Part shown: positions 35,662 to 48,200 of the stretch, in pieces
How the letters are laid out: every line of letters starts with the position of its first letter
Position numbering within the stretch: the first letter of the stretch is position 1
Assembly (NCBI GenBank): GCA_012401045.1
Contig: GCA_012401045.1_4704.1
DNA: 64,000 nt
DNA from: a phage
Strand: one strand, 5' to 3'
The notes under the pieces: generated by a model
The model's input: the letters and a program-made list of their open reading frames with translations, nothing else
Told to the model about the DNA's origin: nothing
Databases searched by the model: none
Made by a program: the position numbers and the translations under genes

Positions 35662-35894
35662 TACTGCGCTCCCTCCAACGCATTACTACCTACGGGTTCT
35701 TTGGTTTCCAGACGGCTGTTTAAGCGCGCAGCAACCGCATCTTCCAATCCCAACGGCATAACCTTTTTGTTCACGTCAGGATCGGCGGCATCATTACCAA
35801 CGGTTTGACGTACGACCTCAGCAACCAACGTTACCGCGTTCGTCAGCGCAACAAAGCTCGCTGCCCGAGCCGTGTTAAGTTGTTCTTGGTTCAT
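35661..35894 (-). CDS. Hypothetical small protein (77 aa)
   Basis: TAATG overlap with the downstream gene. Ala-rich. Confidence 0.6.
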   Translation of the reverse strand: MNQEQLNTARAASFVALTNAVTLVAEVVRQTVGNDAADPDVNKKVMPLGLEDAVAARLNSRLETKEPVGSNALEGAQ

Positions 35895-35969
35895 TCACTT
35901 TTCCTTTTAATGTCAGAGCATCGCATTCTTGACGTACGTCAAGAAGGTACTGCGTTCAGCGAAATAAAC

Positions 35970-35995
35970 GAGCAGGGGCATGAAGCCCCCTGCTC
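35970..35995 (-). terminator. Terminator directly after the RNAP beta fragment
   Basis: GAGCAGGGG (35970..35978) pairs with CCCCTGCTC (35987..35995). The minus-strand downstream tract is GTTTATTTCGC. Confidence 0.65.
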
Positions 35996-38900
35996 TTATT
36001 TAGCGTCGTTAAAGTAAATATCAACAGCTCGTTCCGTTGCGTAGAGGAGACCAAGATTCACAGTCCCAACCACTTCCGGTGAACCGATGATACGGTTAGC
36101 GATACTGGTGCCACTGAAGATAGCATCAAGGGTGTGCCCGTCTTCGGTTTTGTTCACACCATGACCCACGGAAGAGACAACGGATTTCGCTTGAGCTGCG
36201 AAGGTACCTTTATCGCCCATCCCCGCACCAAGGTCGTAACGCATGAAAATACGGATTGCGATCTGGTTCTCGCCTAACGGATTACCGTCTATTCTCACGT
36301 TACTGTTATTGATACGCCCCGTAGCTGCTTCGTTGAGTTTCAGTTCCTTAACGCGTTTAGCTCGCGCTTTATCTGCATCACCGACGAGCGCCGCCATGGT
36401 TTCACTCATATCCTCAATCTGAGCGCGGTACAACACATCGATCTGTACAACTTCACCATGAACGTCAGCACGTGGGTTATACTGACTCATACGACGTAAT
36501 GCTTCAACGGCTTCCTGACTCTCATCACTCAGATCGGTCGCAATCGGTTCTTCCAGTGTTGCAAGGATCGTTCGTGGTTCAACATGATCGCCGATTTTCA
36601 CGAGACCACGAATGTTGAGATGGGCGTCAACGATGAGCGTACGGCTCTTAATCGATGGTGTTACGAGACGATCGGCAAGATTGTCGAAGATATACGAACT
36701 GTCCTCGTGAGTCTCTGGAATATCCAGAATACCGACAAGAGACAGAACACCTGCGCGCCAAACAACCTGACCTGGGTTCCACCAATCGCGTTTAAAATAA
36801 AGACGATGGAAGACCACCACATCCTGATCCTTAACGCGATCCCCGACTTTATAATCGGTAATAAGATCGTGAGGATAATACTTACCTGGTCCTTTCCCGA
36901 TTATCGTGCCGAGTTGGAAAACCTCTTCTCCTAACTCTGGATCGTCGTATTGTATCGTAAGCGCAGTTTTGGTGACCTTCTTAACAACACCATCGCCTTG
37001 GGCAGCTGCTGCGAAGAGCTTACCAACACGATGCGCGATAACGGTCTCACCGCCGGTGCGCCACGGTTGTACATCGTAACCCTCAGCGGCAATCATGCGG
37101 TTGTGTTGGATCCCGACGAAGACCAGACGTTTTCCATCATCACGGTCTACGGCTGGAACAGCTAACGCCGACGTACTCATTACCGATGAGATACCGTCTG
37201 TCTTTTCATCGAATGGTCGTGTTTCACCATACACCGACACGATATTAGCATTAGGTGCAAGGTAAGCTGAGATACCCACATCCCCACTATCTTTCGTACC
37301 CTCTGACACAATACCAACATCGGACTTGTCGTATTCACGATCACGTGCGCGTCGAAGCGATGTCTTTGAACGACCCCCGATACCGGTCATCGTTGCTTCT
37401 TCACCCTGCTTGATATCCAGCATCGGGTTGGTTTCATCGATCACGATGGACGCGCTGTCGTCGAGAATTTGGTTCCAGACGCTTACCGGACTGATTGAGA
37501 TTTTCTGGCGATTTCCTTGACTGCTGTTCTCATTCTGACGAATAGCGCCAACCAGATCCTTATACACCAATTCAGCGAACTTATCGTACGTTTTAAAACG
37601 TTGGTAGTTCACATCGTTGGTGTTAGGTGCCCAGTCATCCAGAAGCAGTTCAACAGCACGCAGTAACAACATGGCGAAATCGGTAGGTTCTCCCATGTTC
37701 TGTAGCAACGTACGGCTTACCGGATCAACGAAAAGACGCTCCATGAGTTCAAGTTCGCGTAAATGGCGAACCTTAAGTCCAGCACCATCAACAACGTTAA
37801 AATAGATATCTCGATTGTCGAAAGCACCGCGAGCGTAACCGATGTAGTTACGGTATTCGTTAAACCCACCCAGCAACAACGTCGTCATGCGATCGTCTTT
37901 ACTGAAGATCAAACTTTCGTCATCAAAGCTCACCGCGAATTCATCGGGTGCTAATCCCATACGAGAACCGCGAGGTACCGTACGATAGTTCGCTTTAAGA
38001 TGTTCTAATAACGGGGTAAGTCCACCCAGATAACTTAGAACGACACCAACCGGAATACGTACACCCATGAATTCAAGATCGGCGGCTTCGATCGGCATCT
38101 TAGCCGCATTGATACCGAAGAAATCAGGGAACGTCCCTACAGGTGTTGGTGTTTGTCCTGACTGACAGATATAGAGCTGATTGCGTTTATCGATTGCTAA
38201 GAATTCACCCAGCGTGTTACGCGCAAACGTCAGGAGCCCTTCGGCTAACTGTTCGTTGAACCGATCTTCCCCGATGAACTCCGGCAATGTCTTTGTATCG
38301 AGACGTATATCCCAATCAGCAAATTGGATTTGGGTATAGTTGCGTGCAAGCACAGCGAAGTAATACGGGACTTTGACGGCCGGATCAAAGACGTTACCAC
38401 GTTTTAACGTGGTTAAGGGTGAGGACTTATCGTAATACATCGCTGTAAGTTGGCGTGTTAACCAACGACCGGCGTTATTAACGACACGCTCTGAACGTTT
38501 AACAAACACCTTACCGTAGGCGGTACTCAACGCAACTTCGGATGATGATACCTTTCTAATAGGTTTATCAACACGTTGTTTACGCATCCGGTATTTGATG
38601 CCGTTAACGACATAAATGCCGTCCTTACGAACCTTCGGCAACATCACCGGGAACGTGGTTGGGACACCGCCTACAGGGGCCAGTTTAATCGTGATAACTT
38701 GATAATCCCCCATCACGTCAACAACATCTTCAACTTTATATCCCGTGACAGGGTAACCTGCCTGTTGTACGGCAACAACAGCGGCTGCGATGTCCTTTTG
38801 CATCACGTGTTCAACGTAATGTTTATCCCACACCGCAAGCGTCGATTTACATAGGCTCTTATCGACGATAACATCCGCTTCCGGCATAACCTTTGCTGGC

Positions 38901-40342
38901 GCTAATTTCGCGGCTTTTGGTTTAACTTCAACATACTCAGCAAGTGTTAATCCAGAACCGTCGGGTGCTTCGATTTCATGGATGGCGTCGGCATTACGCA
39001 TCGCTGCTTTATATTGGACACCGCTTAACTGACCCGCATCCGCCAGATCGCTCGCGCGCACCAACACCGCATCCGATAACGACTGAATATATTCACCGTG
39101 TGTTTTTGGTAACGTTGCCGCGTCAAAGACATCAACCTTTTCTTCTTCGGTATCGTCGGTAACGACCTCGAAGAGATCGTCGGTAATGTCCTGATCTTCA
39201 TCGGGTTGGAAATCCGGCTGTACTTCTACCCCGGGTACTTCACGGACATCTTCGAACGAGCGTTCTACAATGGCGTTCCACGCATCAGCGTCATCGTCTT
39301 CATCCGACCCACCAACCAACTCCGCTTCTAACTCATCGGGATCAAGAACAGTGGCCAGATCCTCACCGTTAGGAAGCACGACGTCGCGATCATCGTACTC
39401 TGCATCCGGGCTGTCCGCAAGAATATCTCGCTCTTGACGAAGAACCTGTTCCTCTTCTTGTTTCTGTTCTTCTTCATTCGCGCTCTGCGACCATAGACGT
39501 GTTACCGCCATCATCCAACGACGCTGGAAGGTTTCGAGTGTCGTTTTATCGAGTTCTTCCCCTTCCTTTACAAGCCCGGTACGCCATTCTTCCAACAGGC
39601 CGAGATTCAGCGTAAAGAAGTACACGCCGTCTGTAAATACAACGTTAAGCTTATCCAGCGTGGCTCTGTCTAACGAAGCCATCGTGCTGTTCTCACGATC
39701 GGTTCCCAGCCAGCGGAAGAAGTCAAAGAACGACAGCTCCTCCGGCGTAGCGAAATTCATGAGGTTGTTACGGGTCGGTGCCTGTTGCGTGGTACGCATC
39801 AACGAAATCTTCGGCAATGTTGACGGTATACGGAACAACAGAAAGTGTTGGCGATCGCTTTGCTGCGCGATTTCGTTGGCTTTCGACCAAATTGTTTTAC
39901 GTACGTTGAACCATTCATCATACCAACGGGTGAGCGTTGGACGATAGATGTACATGTGGTTAAGATGTGCGTAGTTAGCAACGATCTGAGCGTTGATGTT
40001 TTTCTCCACCGTACTTAGATCGGTAACCAAACGAAAACGACGATGTGACGCACGATAATCCAATTTCGCTCGTGGGAGCTGGAATCGCTGATCACGTCGA
40101 GGTGCACCCTGTTTGGTTGCGAGATCATCAGCAAACGAAATCCATAGTTGAGCACTTTCTTTACTCAACATGTATTCGTTTTCTGGAGGACCTATCAATG
40201 AAGGATCCGTTGCGGTGTAATGATAGACAGCATAACGTGGCAGCTGCAATAGCTGCACTAAACGTAATCTCGGTGACAATAGCTCTTGGTAGCGTCTGAC
40301 GCCAAACTGTCGGTAGTAATCAAGGTATTTAAGTTTTGCCAT
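35996..40342 (-). CDS. Multisubunit RNAP beta-subunit fragment (large N-terminal/major part), probably of the virion RNAP
   Basis: 1448 aa. MTGIGGRS...SEGTKDSGDVGISAYLAPNANI resembles beta ALGPGGL...ETPEGPNIGLI. GIQHNRMIAA resembles NMQRQA. MGDKGTFAAQAKSVVSSV...EDGHTLDAIF resembles GDKxAGRHGNKGVxS...EDGTPVDIVLNP (GDKG at 36217..36206). The protein ends before a GEMEVWA-type region. Confidence 0.8.
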   Translation of the reverse strand: MAKLKYLDYYRQFGVRRYQELLSPRLRLVQLLQLPRYAVYHYTATDPSLIGPPENEYMLSKESAQLWISFADDLATKQGAPRRDQRFQLPRAKLDYRASHRRFRLVTDLSTVEKNINAQIVANYAHLNHMYIYRPTLTRWYDEWFNVRKTIWSKANEIAQQSDRQHFLLFRIPSTLPKISLMRTTQQAPTRNNLMNFATPEELSFFDFFRWLGTDRENSTMASLDRATLDKLNVVFTDGVYFFTLNLGLLEEWRTGLVKEGEELDKTTLETFQRRWMMAVTRLWSQSANEEEQKQEEEQVLRQERDILADSPDAEYDDRDVVLPNGEDLATVLDPDELEAELVGGSDEDDDADAWNAIVERSFEDVREVPGVEVQPDFQPDEDQDITDDLFEVVTDDTEEEKVDVFDAATLPKTHGEYIQSLSDAVLVRASDLADAGQLSGVQYKAAMRNADAIHEIEAPDGSGLTLAEYVEVKPKAAKLAPAKVMPEADVIVDKSLCKSTLAVWDKHYVEHVMQKDIAAAVVAVQQAGYPVTGYKVEDVVDVMGDYQVITIKLAPVGGVPTTFPVMLPKVRKDGIYVVNGIKYRMRKQRVDKPIRKVSSSEVALSTAYGKVFVKRSERVVNNAGRWLTRQLTAMYYDKSSPLTTLKRGNVFDPAVKVPYYFAVLARNYTQIQFADWDIRLDTKTLPEFIGEDRFNEQLAEGLLTFARNTLGEFLAIDKRNQLYICQSGQTPTPVGTFPDFFGINAAKMPIEAADLEFMGVRIPVGVVLSYLGGLTPLLEHLKANYRTVPRGSRMGLAPDEFAVSFDDESLIFSKDDRMTTLLLGGFNEYRNYIGYARGAFDNRDIYFNVVDGAGLKVRHLRELELMERLFVDPVSRTLLQNMGEPTDFAMLLLRAVELLLDDWAPNTNDVNYQRFKTYDKFAELVYKDLVGAIRQNENSSQGNRQKISISPVSVWNQILDDSASIVIDETNPMLDIKQGEEATMTGIGGRSKTSLRRARDREYDKSDVGIVSEGTKDSGDVGISAYLAPNANIVSVYGETRPFDEKTDGISSVMSTSALAVPAVDRDDGKRLVFVGIQHNRMIAAEGYDVQPWRTGGETVIAHRVGKLFAAAAQGDGVVKKVTKTALTIQYDDPELGEEVFQLGTIIGKGPGKYYPHDLITDYKVGDRVKDQDVVVFHRLYFKRDWWNPGQVVWRAGVLSLVGILDIPETHEDSSYIFDNLADRLVTPSIKSRTLIVDAHLNIRGLVKIGDHVEPRTILATLEEPIATDLSDESQEAVEALRRMSQYNPRADVHGEVVQIDVLYRAQIEDMSETMAALVGDADKARAKRVKELKLNEAATGRINNSNVRIDGNPLGENQIAIRIFMRYDLGAGMGDKGTFAAQAKSVVSSVGHGVNKTEDGHTLDAIFSGTSIANRIIGSPEVVGTVNLGLLYATERAVDIYFNDAK

Positions 40343-40345
40343 GGG

Positions 40346-41992
40346 TTAGGCTCCACGAGGTCCCGTTAAGTTGCGTAATAGGAACGCAACCGTATCGTAA
40401 CCAATATCGATGTTGAATTTATTTTTACCACTTACCCAGAAAGCTCGCTTCTTGTGCGAGTTGGTAATTTCGTCAATAGCTTCCATGGAATAAAGAACGT
40501 TAACCGAGACCGTATCACCATCAAAGTCCCCACCAAGTCCGGCGAGGTATGGCGCAGGGACAATAGTCGTTTCTACGAACGAAGCATTAGGTAACCAGTC
40601 GGGGTATTCCCATGCGATAAATCGTTCATCCGTTATTGGTTCCCAGTTACTATCCAGTTCGGTTTTCGGTTTTGCGGCGACGGTTGTACGTGCGTAACAG
40701 GTTAACGGGATAACGGATTGCATACCTGATACCGGATAACGTGTTACCATCGCAGCCAGGTTATTCCAGTACTTATATCCGGCAATATAGATAAGCTCGG
40801 TGTAAGTAATGGGGTGAACATCCGCGCCAGGTTTATTCAACATCTCCGGGGGTAATTCACTCATGCCACGGAATAACCGAAACGAATCGTTGTTCACATA
40901 GACGAGGCAAAGATATCGTCCATTGACCATGATAGGCTCGTTACGCACGCCAGGATCGCTTAAGGTGTTCAGTAAACGTTCTATTCCGTCCCATGTTGTA
41001 AAGTCATCGATGGTGTCTGGATCAAGCGTGACGCGCTCACGTTCCATCGTTTCGGTATCAGTAAGTTCAACTTCTGTAACATCACGGACAAATATTTCCT
41101 GCAAAATACCGGTACGTAACGCATGTTGCGTTACTGGGAGAGCGGCTTTACTCATCTGGTATAACCCTAACTGAACCGCGGTACAGGAAGGCTGGTTAGG
41201 CGACCCTAATACCTCCGTTGTGGGGTTAATTGCCGAAATAACGTTACGGGTTGAGTTCCAAACGCGACGTGAACCAAACTTACCTTGGAAGATCCCTTTC
41301 TTACCCTGGAACATATCCAACAGTAAAGCGTAGATATCGTTGAATGTTCTCTGTAAGCTCCAGCGCTGGCCGTCGTAAACGGGATCGGAATAATCTTTTA
41401 ATCCATCAGGGACGGTGTTAGAAATTGCAAGGAAACGACGATACAACTCCGTGATTTCTTGCTCGCTTTCATACCCACCTTCTTTTACTTCTATTTCACG
41501 TAAGCCTGCAGGCAATACCAGTAAGTGACGGGTCATCGCTTTGAACATGTTCTCTTCGACAACTTTAATTCGTAGCTCTCGTTGAGCTGAACCCGTTGAA
41601 ACGAACTTGATATCCGCGACGTGTTGTGCAAAGAACCCGTATCCTGTTTGTCCTGTTAATGCATCAGACGCAACGAAGTCGCGTTGTTCGGGATCCCACC
41701 GAGCGTACGCCTTCCCCGACATGATATCGCCATAGAGGTGTTTTAATCGAATGAGACGGTCGTAAATGACAGGATGCAGGATTTCAACCTTGCATTCAAT
41801 CACCGCAAATCGACGGTCTCGATCTTCACTACCCGCACTACCAAAGATGGTGTAAGAATAGAAACCATCATCGTGGAAATTACCGGTGCTTGGGTCACGA
41901 ATGCTCATGCTCGTGATCTTGGGGAGAAAACGTAACTGCTGTTTATCGAGGTGTAAAATACTAATATTAAACGGCTCTCTGACTTTAGCCAT
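40346..41992 (-). CDS. Multisubunit RNAP beta' N-terminal fragment (contains the catalytic DFDGD loop)
   Basis: LAGLGGDFDGDTVSVNVL has DFDGD at 40528..40514, 55 aa before the stop. The start is chosen at MAKVREPF (ATG 41992, with AAGAGGAG upstream) rather than the track start at 42034. Confidence 0.8.
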   Translation of the reverse strand: MAKVREPFNISILHLDKQQLRFLPKITSMSIRDPSTGNFHDDGFYSYTIFGSAGSEDRDRRFAVIECKVEILHPVIYDRLIRLKHLYGDIMSGKAYARWDPEQRDFVASDALTGQTGYGFFAQHVADIKFVSTGSAQRELRIKVVEENMFKAMTRHLLVLPAGLREIEVKEGGYESEQEITELYRRFLAISNTVPDGLKDYSDPVYDGQRWSLQRTFNDIYALLLDMFQGKKGIFQGKFGSRRVWNSTRNVISAINPTTEVLGSPNQPSCTAVQLGLYQMSKAALPVTQHALRTGILQEIFVRDVTEVELTDTETMERERVTLDPDTIDDFTTWDGIERLLNTLSDPGVRNEPIMVNGRYLCLVYVNNDSFRLFRGMSELPPEMLNKPGADVHPITYTELIYIAGYKYWNNLAAMVTRYPVSGMQSVIPLTCYARTTVAAKPKTELDSNWEPITDERFIAWEYPDWLPNASFVETTIVPAPYLAGLGGDFDGDTVSVNVLYSMEAIDEITNSHKKRAFWVSGKNKFNIDIGYDTVAFLLRNLTGPRGA

Positions 41993-42237
41993 GGAGACAC
42001 TCCTCTTTACCACCACCGGCTGCGGCGGTATCATCTGAACACACGAGAGACGTAATGGGTGATGGCGTCACCCATCGCTTCCTTGCTTGAGGCGAGGAAG
42101 TTATTAGGTTACGTACCTGCCTGATTTTATCAGGTGGGCGATGTGTGAAGTTACGCTTCAACATTATCAATGCCGAAGGTAAACTTCGTGCATCACGTTC
42201 CAACGTAACATGGGAACGTATCGAACTGGAGGTATAC

Positions 42238-45200
42238 ATGGTAGATAAAACCCGTGTTGAGGGTGATGATAATTGGGACAACTGGGATGAAGACTTCTCC
42301 CTGGATCTCGATTTTAACGAACCCAAAGACGATCGTAAACCGATAACACGCTTTGCGATAGGAGCGGTTAAAGGTGCTGCTGAGGATCTTACTTCCTACG
42401 AAAGAATGAAGGAGATCGCCAGAAACGCATTGCCTAAGGGCTACAGCGACGGTATGGATCTTATTGATTCCGCCGTCGGATCCACGAAGGAACTATACAA
42501 TGAAGCCGTTCGTGACGTTCTTCCTAAGGTCCAAAGCTCAAAACGGTTAGCCGCACAACTGACCAAGAAATACCGTGCGAGCATGCCCGATTTCTCGAAG
42601 AAAATTCTTGAGCAATGGGAGCGAGAAGCCAAGGAAGAAGACGAACGTAAACAAGCTGAAGAAACCCTTCGTCAACGCATGGCGAGCGCGGGGGACGATG
42701 AGATCGCCCGCAAGGTTGCCGAGGCATTAGGCGAATCAGCAAACCAAAGCGCGGATCAGTTCGCTGAACAGCAAGCGAAAGAGAGTATCCGTGACGATAT
42801 CGCTGACAAACGGTACGCTGTAACCAACAAACAAATGAGTGCGATGCAAGAAGGCGTCGCCAAGATGGTTGGTTTCAACAATGAATTCGCTGCACGCTAC
42901 ATGCGTAAAAGCCTGGAACTGAAATATCGTTCCTTAGCGATTCAACGTGCAAGTTTTGATCAGCATAAAAAGTTAGCCGAAGTCTATATCGGTTTATTAC
43001 AAAACATCCAGAAGAATACGGCTTTACCTGATGCGGCTAAAGCAAAAATGTCGGAAGAATTCCGCCGTAGCGCGTACCAACGTTTCTTTGGTAATGCGTT
43101 AGATGCGATGAGTTCTTTCGAGAACCGTTTCTTTGCCGATGTTAAGAAAAACCTTGCCACCAACGCATTAGGTGCTTTAAAAGGCGTCGTGTCTGGCGCA
43201 AACGATGCGTTATACGGTTTAAACGAAGCACGTGACTCGATATCCATGATGGATGGGATGGGGTCAGATGGCGATATTAAGGAAATGCAAGGAAAGATGT
43301 TGGGTCAGTTCATTGGCTCAACTGTCGCACCATGGATGGCTAATAAAGGCAGGATGGCGTTACGCGATTTAGCAAAACGTCACCCCAATGCTAAATTCGC
43401 TAGCGCGTTAAAAGCCGTGGATCAAGGTGGTGAGGCTGCCGCTTACACAACGCGTAATCTCGGTAAACTGCTCCAGGAAGATATTCGTAAGAACGAATTC
43501 AATCTTAGCGATCCGTTTTACAAGCAATTGTTACGCGGTGCAGGGCGTTGGGCGTTCAACATGGACAGCGGACGTAACTTCCGCGTGATGAACGACACCG
43601 CTGAAACACTGGCAGAGCAAACATCTTTCGACGGTTTAACCTACCGCAGCATCAACGAGGTTATTCCAGGCTTTCTTGCACGCATTCTGAAAAGCAGTGA
43701 AGGCATCCGCACCGGAAACAGCGATCCTGACTACGAGGTCTATGACGGCATCAGCGGGCAATTCGTGTCTCAGCGCACGCGTGAGCAAAGCGTCAACGAC
43801 ACGCTGTTTAACAAACGTTCATTTGGTTATTACGCCAGCCGTTTCAACGAGGTTATCTCGGTCATCGATCCCGATAAGCAATTATCGGAAAAAGCCAGGA
43901 AGGCACTGGCTAAACAGTTGGCACGAGATAGCGACGCGAACATCGCATTCGACCCGGCTCGTTTTACGGATGAAAGCAACTTCGATCGTAGTATCGACCG
44001 TGACGCTATTAAGGAACTTTCCACGTACTTTCGTGACCGTTACGGTATTCGTGACGATATCAACGATAAGGGGGAACGTCATCAGGTCATTGGAAACCGC
44101 GGGCAATATTACACGGAACGTAACCGAGCCGATCTTCGTTACGGTAATCTGAAATCTTTACAACCGGATATCCAGCGTAACCTTAACCTGCTGAAACGTA
44201 CTGGTGACGTCCAATATCTGGAACGGATCGGGATTGTAACGAGAAATAGCGACGGAAGTTACTCGGTTAATCACGATAGGTATTTCTCTGAAATCGATCG
44301 GTACATCGACCGGCCGGAGTACGCTGACCGCGGCGATGTTAATACGCGATTAACCGCTCAGGAAACAAGAGCGCTGGCGCTGGGTTATCGTGACGCAAAA
44401 CCATCAGCTGGTGACGTCCAAAATGTCGGCCTGCCGAACATCGGTCGTAAGGCTGCTGGAACAGTAACCGTTGATGAAAACATCGGCTACGATAAATGGT
44501 GGAACGACACAGGTGTTATCACCACATCGCTTGAAGAACAGAATCGAGCGTGGCAAGAGCTTTATCTCGAGGCGTTGTCCGAAGCATCCGAACAACGTGT
44601 TGAAATGCTTGCGCTGCTGAAAGCCATTTCTGAGAAAGACTGGTCTAATAACGTTTCGCTGGATGGTGAAGATGTACCTGAAGGTACAGCACCCATTTCA
44701 TTTATCGATCGTGCCAAACAAAAACTCGGCGGACGCAACCTGTTTAAAGGCGGCCGCAATCTCCTCTGGAAAGGAATTAAAAATACCGCACGTTTAGGTG
44801 TTAAAGGCGCACGCTGGGGTGCAGAACGCACGTTGGGTAGTTTGGTAAATTCTGGCCGACGCATTATCAATTTCAACCGCTTCGTGTTCGGCGCATTATC
44901 CAAGGTTGATCAGGTTCCGTTTGACATTTACGTTAAAGGGGAATCCCAACCACGCATATTGGTTGCTAAACTTCGTCAGGGGTTATACTTCGATGAAGCG
45001 ACAGGAAAAGCCGTAAAACGGATGAAGGATATCAAAGGCCCACTCGTTGATGCGGATGGAAACATCGTAATCAGCAACGAGGATATCGAGAAAGGGTTGG
45101 TCACTCGCGCTGGTCGTGCCTTTGAGAATTCAGGACTTAAAGCATGGGCACGTGAAGGTCTTAATGGAATAACGACGGCATTAAGTCTCCCACGGATGTT

Positions 45201-48200
45201 AAAACGCGGTGCGGTTGAGATCTACAAACAGCTTGACAAAACACCCGACGTTTACGTCAAGGGAGAATCAACGCCTCGTCTGTTGTCCATGGTGTTAGCA
45301 GCGGGTGGGTATTTCCGTCGCTCGGATGGACAAGTCATCAAAAATCTTGAAGACATCGATGGTGATGTTGTTGATGCACAAGGTAACGTCGTACTTACGC
45401 TTGCCGACATGCAGAAAGGACTTGTCGATAAATACGGTAAAGCGATTCGTCGTTTAAAAGAAAAGCTCATCAACTTCGGTGTAAAAGCTTTTACGTTACC
45501 GTTAACGTTGCTACGTAAGACAAAGGACATCCTTAAAGCCCTTCCAGGTAAAACCGTTAACGGTCTACGGCGGATGGGATTAAATTTCCAATCACCTGAC
45601 GCGTTACTGGTGGGAACAACGTCGAGCATGGTAGATCGCCTCGATGCTATTTACCAGCTTCTTGACCAGCGTATGCCGGGAGGTGATAAGGATTACCGCG
45701 ATTGGAATGGCGATGGTGTTCGAGAAGGATCGTTGGAAGACCTGAAACGTAAGCGTGAAGCCAAGGAAAACGGTAAGGATGACATCGGCAAAGATTCCAA
45801 TAAAGGAGAAGAAAAGGAGAAGAAACGAGGGTTACTCGGAAGCCTTTTCGATATGCTCGGTGATACCGCAATAGGTAAACGTCTCATGGCGAGTCCGCTT
45901 GGAAAAATTCTGGGTGGTCTTGGGGCGGTGTTAAGCGGCGGTGCGTCGTTAACTGGGTTGTTGGGCAAAGGTCTCATTAGAGGAACCGGCGCGCTGGTCA
46001 AGGGAGGACTAAGTGCGGCAGGATGGTTAGGACGTGGTGCGTTAATGGCGGGTGGGGCCGCGTTGAACGCCGTTGGTGGGTTATCGGGATTAGGTGCATT
46101 CCTCATCTCACCTGTTGGGCTTGCTATCGCTGGCGGTGCGTTGGCTGCTTATGCTGGATGGAAGATCTATCAGCATTTCGCCGAGAAGCCTGACCCGATG
46201 CAGAAGCTCCGTCTTATTGCATACGGTGCAAAAGGGGACGATAAAGACTTCAATAAGAAGCTGCTTGCGACAGAAACATACCTCACCGACCATGTGGTTA
46301 TGACCGGGGATACCATCGGATTCGATCCGAAAGCCGACTCGGAAAAGATTCTCGAAATCTGGGAATTGTCTCTGGAAGATTCCGACCGAATGAACGAATG
46401 GAAACGCTGGTATCTGCATCGTTTTATTCCTGTTTTCGCTCGCGCGTACAAACTCTGGAAAGAGCATATGCCGGACGAGAAGAAATACATGGAAATGGAT
46501 AAATATCCGAACGGTGAGAACAAAGTGAAATGGTCGGAAGCGTTTATCTGGCCTTCCGATAGTCCTGATGGTCCGTATTACGTCGAAGCTAACCCGTTGG
46601 GTTCTTCTGGTGCGACGCGTTATATTGCTGGTCAAGACGTCAAAACCTTGATGCTGAAACAACTCGAAGCCATCAAGAAAGAGTACCAGAATCAGATTAA
46701 GCAATACACTCATGATGAGGCTATTGCTGATTGGTCACGGATGTCTGACACACAACGTAAATCCGTTGCGCCTAACGCATTACGTGGTCAGAAAGCGTCA
46801 TTACGTTTTAACGATAAACGTTACAACAGCGCTGGTGCTAAAGGACGACAGAAACTGGATGCAACCGCGGTTATTGAAAGCGTAGACCGCCGTGGTAGGA
46901 AATGGGTTGCCGGTGGATACATCGATGAACTCACCAGTCTTCGTGTTCGTGCGTACGGTATTAAGGTTCCGTTGTTAAGTCAGATAAAAGTGCTGATGGA
47001 ACTTGAAGACGCTGTAGAACCTGGCGTTGTCGCTGAAGGTAAAGGTGTTAAATACGGTGGCGATCTTGTCGCGCTCTACAAGAAATTCGCGACGAAGTTC
47101 GGAAGAGACGTTAACAGCAAGCATGATCAGGATATCTGGTTTGCTTGGATGAACAACCGTTTCCTGCCCGTCTTTTTAACCTATTACCAACAAGTTAGCG
47201 ACATGGGCGGTCAAGGACTTCTGTCCGACGTGGTACAGAACCTGAAAGACAGCCAACGCTGGGAAATCGGTGAAGCACTTGTCGCAACGCAATACCGTGA
47301 TGAGAAAGGTACACTGCAGCCTGTATGGTCCTGGAATAGTTGTGGTTTCTCCGGTACTGAAGCTAACACCACCAGCAGTTCAACAAAGAGCCAACTCGAT
47401 CTGTTAAAAGAATATGCGGATAAAGAGAAGGTTCGTGAGAAGAACGCGGAAGCATCGCAAGAGGATACCGATAAATTATCGAAGATCCAAGAGCTGATGA
47501 TGAAGCAGGCTGGGTACGAGAAGAAAGACGGTGTCTGGCAGAAGAAATCTCGCATTACCGGCGGGATGAGTAACTCCGAAGCGAATTACAACCCCAATAG
47601 GAATAAGGTCGGTGAAAGCAGCTTTACGGCTTCGGCTACTTCCAATGCGGGATTAGGGTCAACCGGCGATCTTACCGGATTGCCTAACATGGGCTTACAG
47701 AAACCTGCAATGGGACCAGGTCCTGAAGCTGGACGTCGTGCGCTTGTTAAATCCGCTGTAAAACGCGGCATTACCGATCCGATGGAAATGGCGATGTTCC
47801 TTGCGAACATCGAACATGAATCGGGGAACTACACTCACGTACGTGAGGGGAACTATAAGACACCAGAGCGTCTTAAACAGGTCTTCCCTTACAAATTCCG
47901 TGATGTGCAGGATGCCGCACAGACGATCAGCATGGGTCCGGAAGTGGTATTCGAACGTGTGTATGGTAATCGTAAAGATCTCGGAAACACACAGAAAGGA
48001 GACGGGGCGAAGTATTTAGGACGTGGCTTCATTCAGGTTACCGGTAAAGCTAACTACGCTCGTCTGTCCAAGACCTTGAATAAGGATCTTGTCAGCGATC
48101 CGACCTACCTGGAAACGCCGGAAGGTGCAGCGGAAGGTAGTGTCGCATGGTGGCTCAACCGAGGTAACGTATTACGCGATCCCGCAAAACGGGGTGACGT

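Noticed and set aside
42145-42237. A GTG start at 42145 for the giant protein (MKLRFNIINAEGKL...)
   Set aside because: It has no SD and the region is full of hairpins. ATG 42238 has GGAGG at ideal spacing and begins a plausible N-terminus.
45693-46713. Minus-strand ORFs 45693..46106 (Pro-rich) and 46108..46713 inside the giant gene
   Set aside because: The first is the reverse-complement shadow of the Gly-rich segment (GGN read as NCC gives Pro). The second has no SD and a poor composition.
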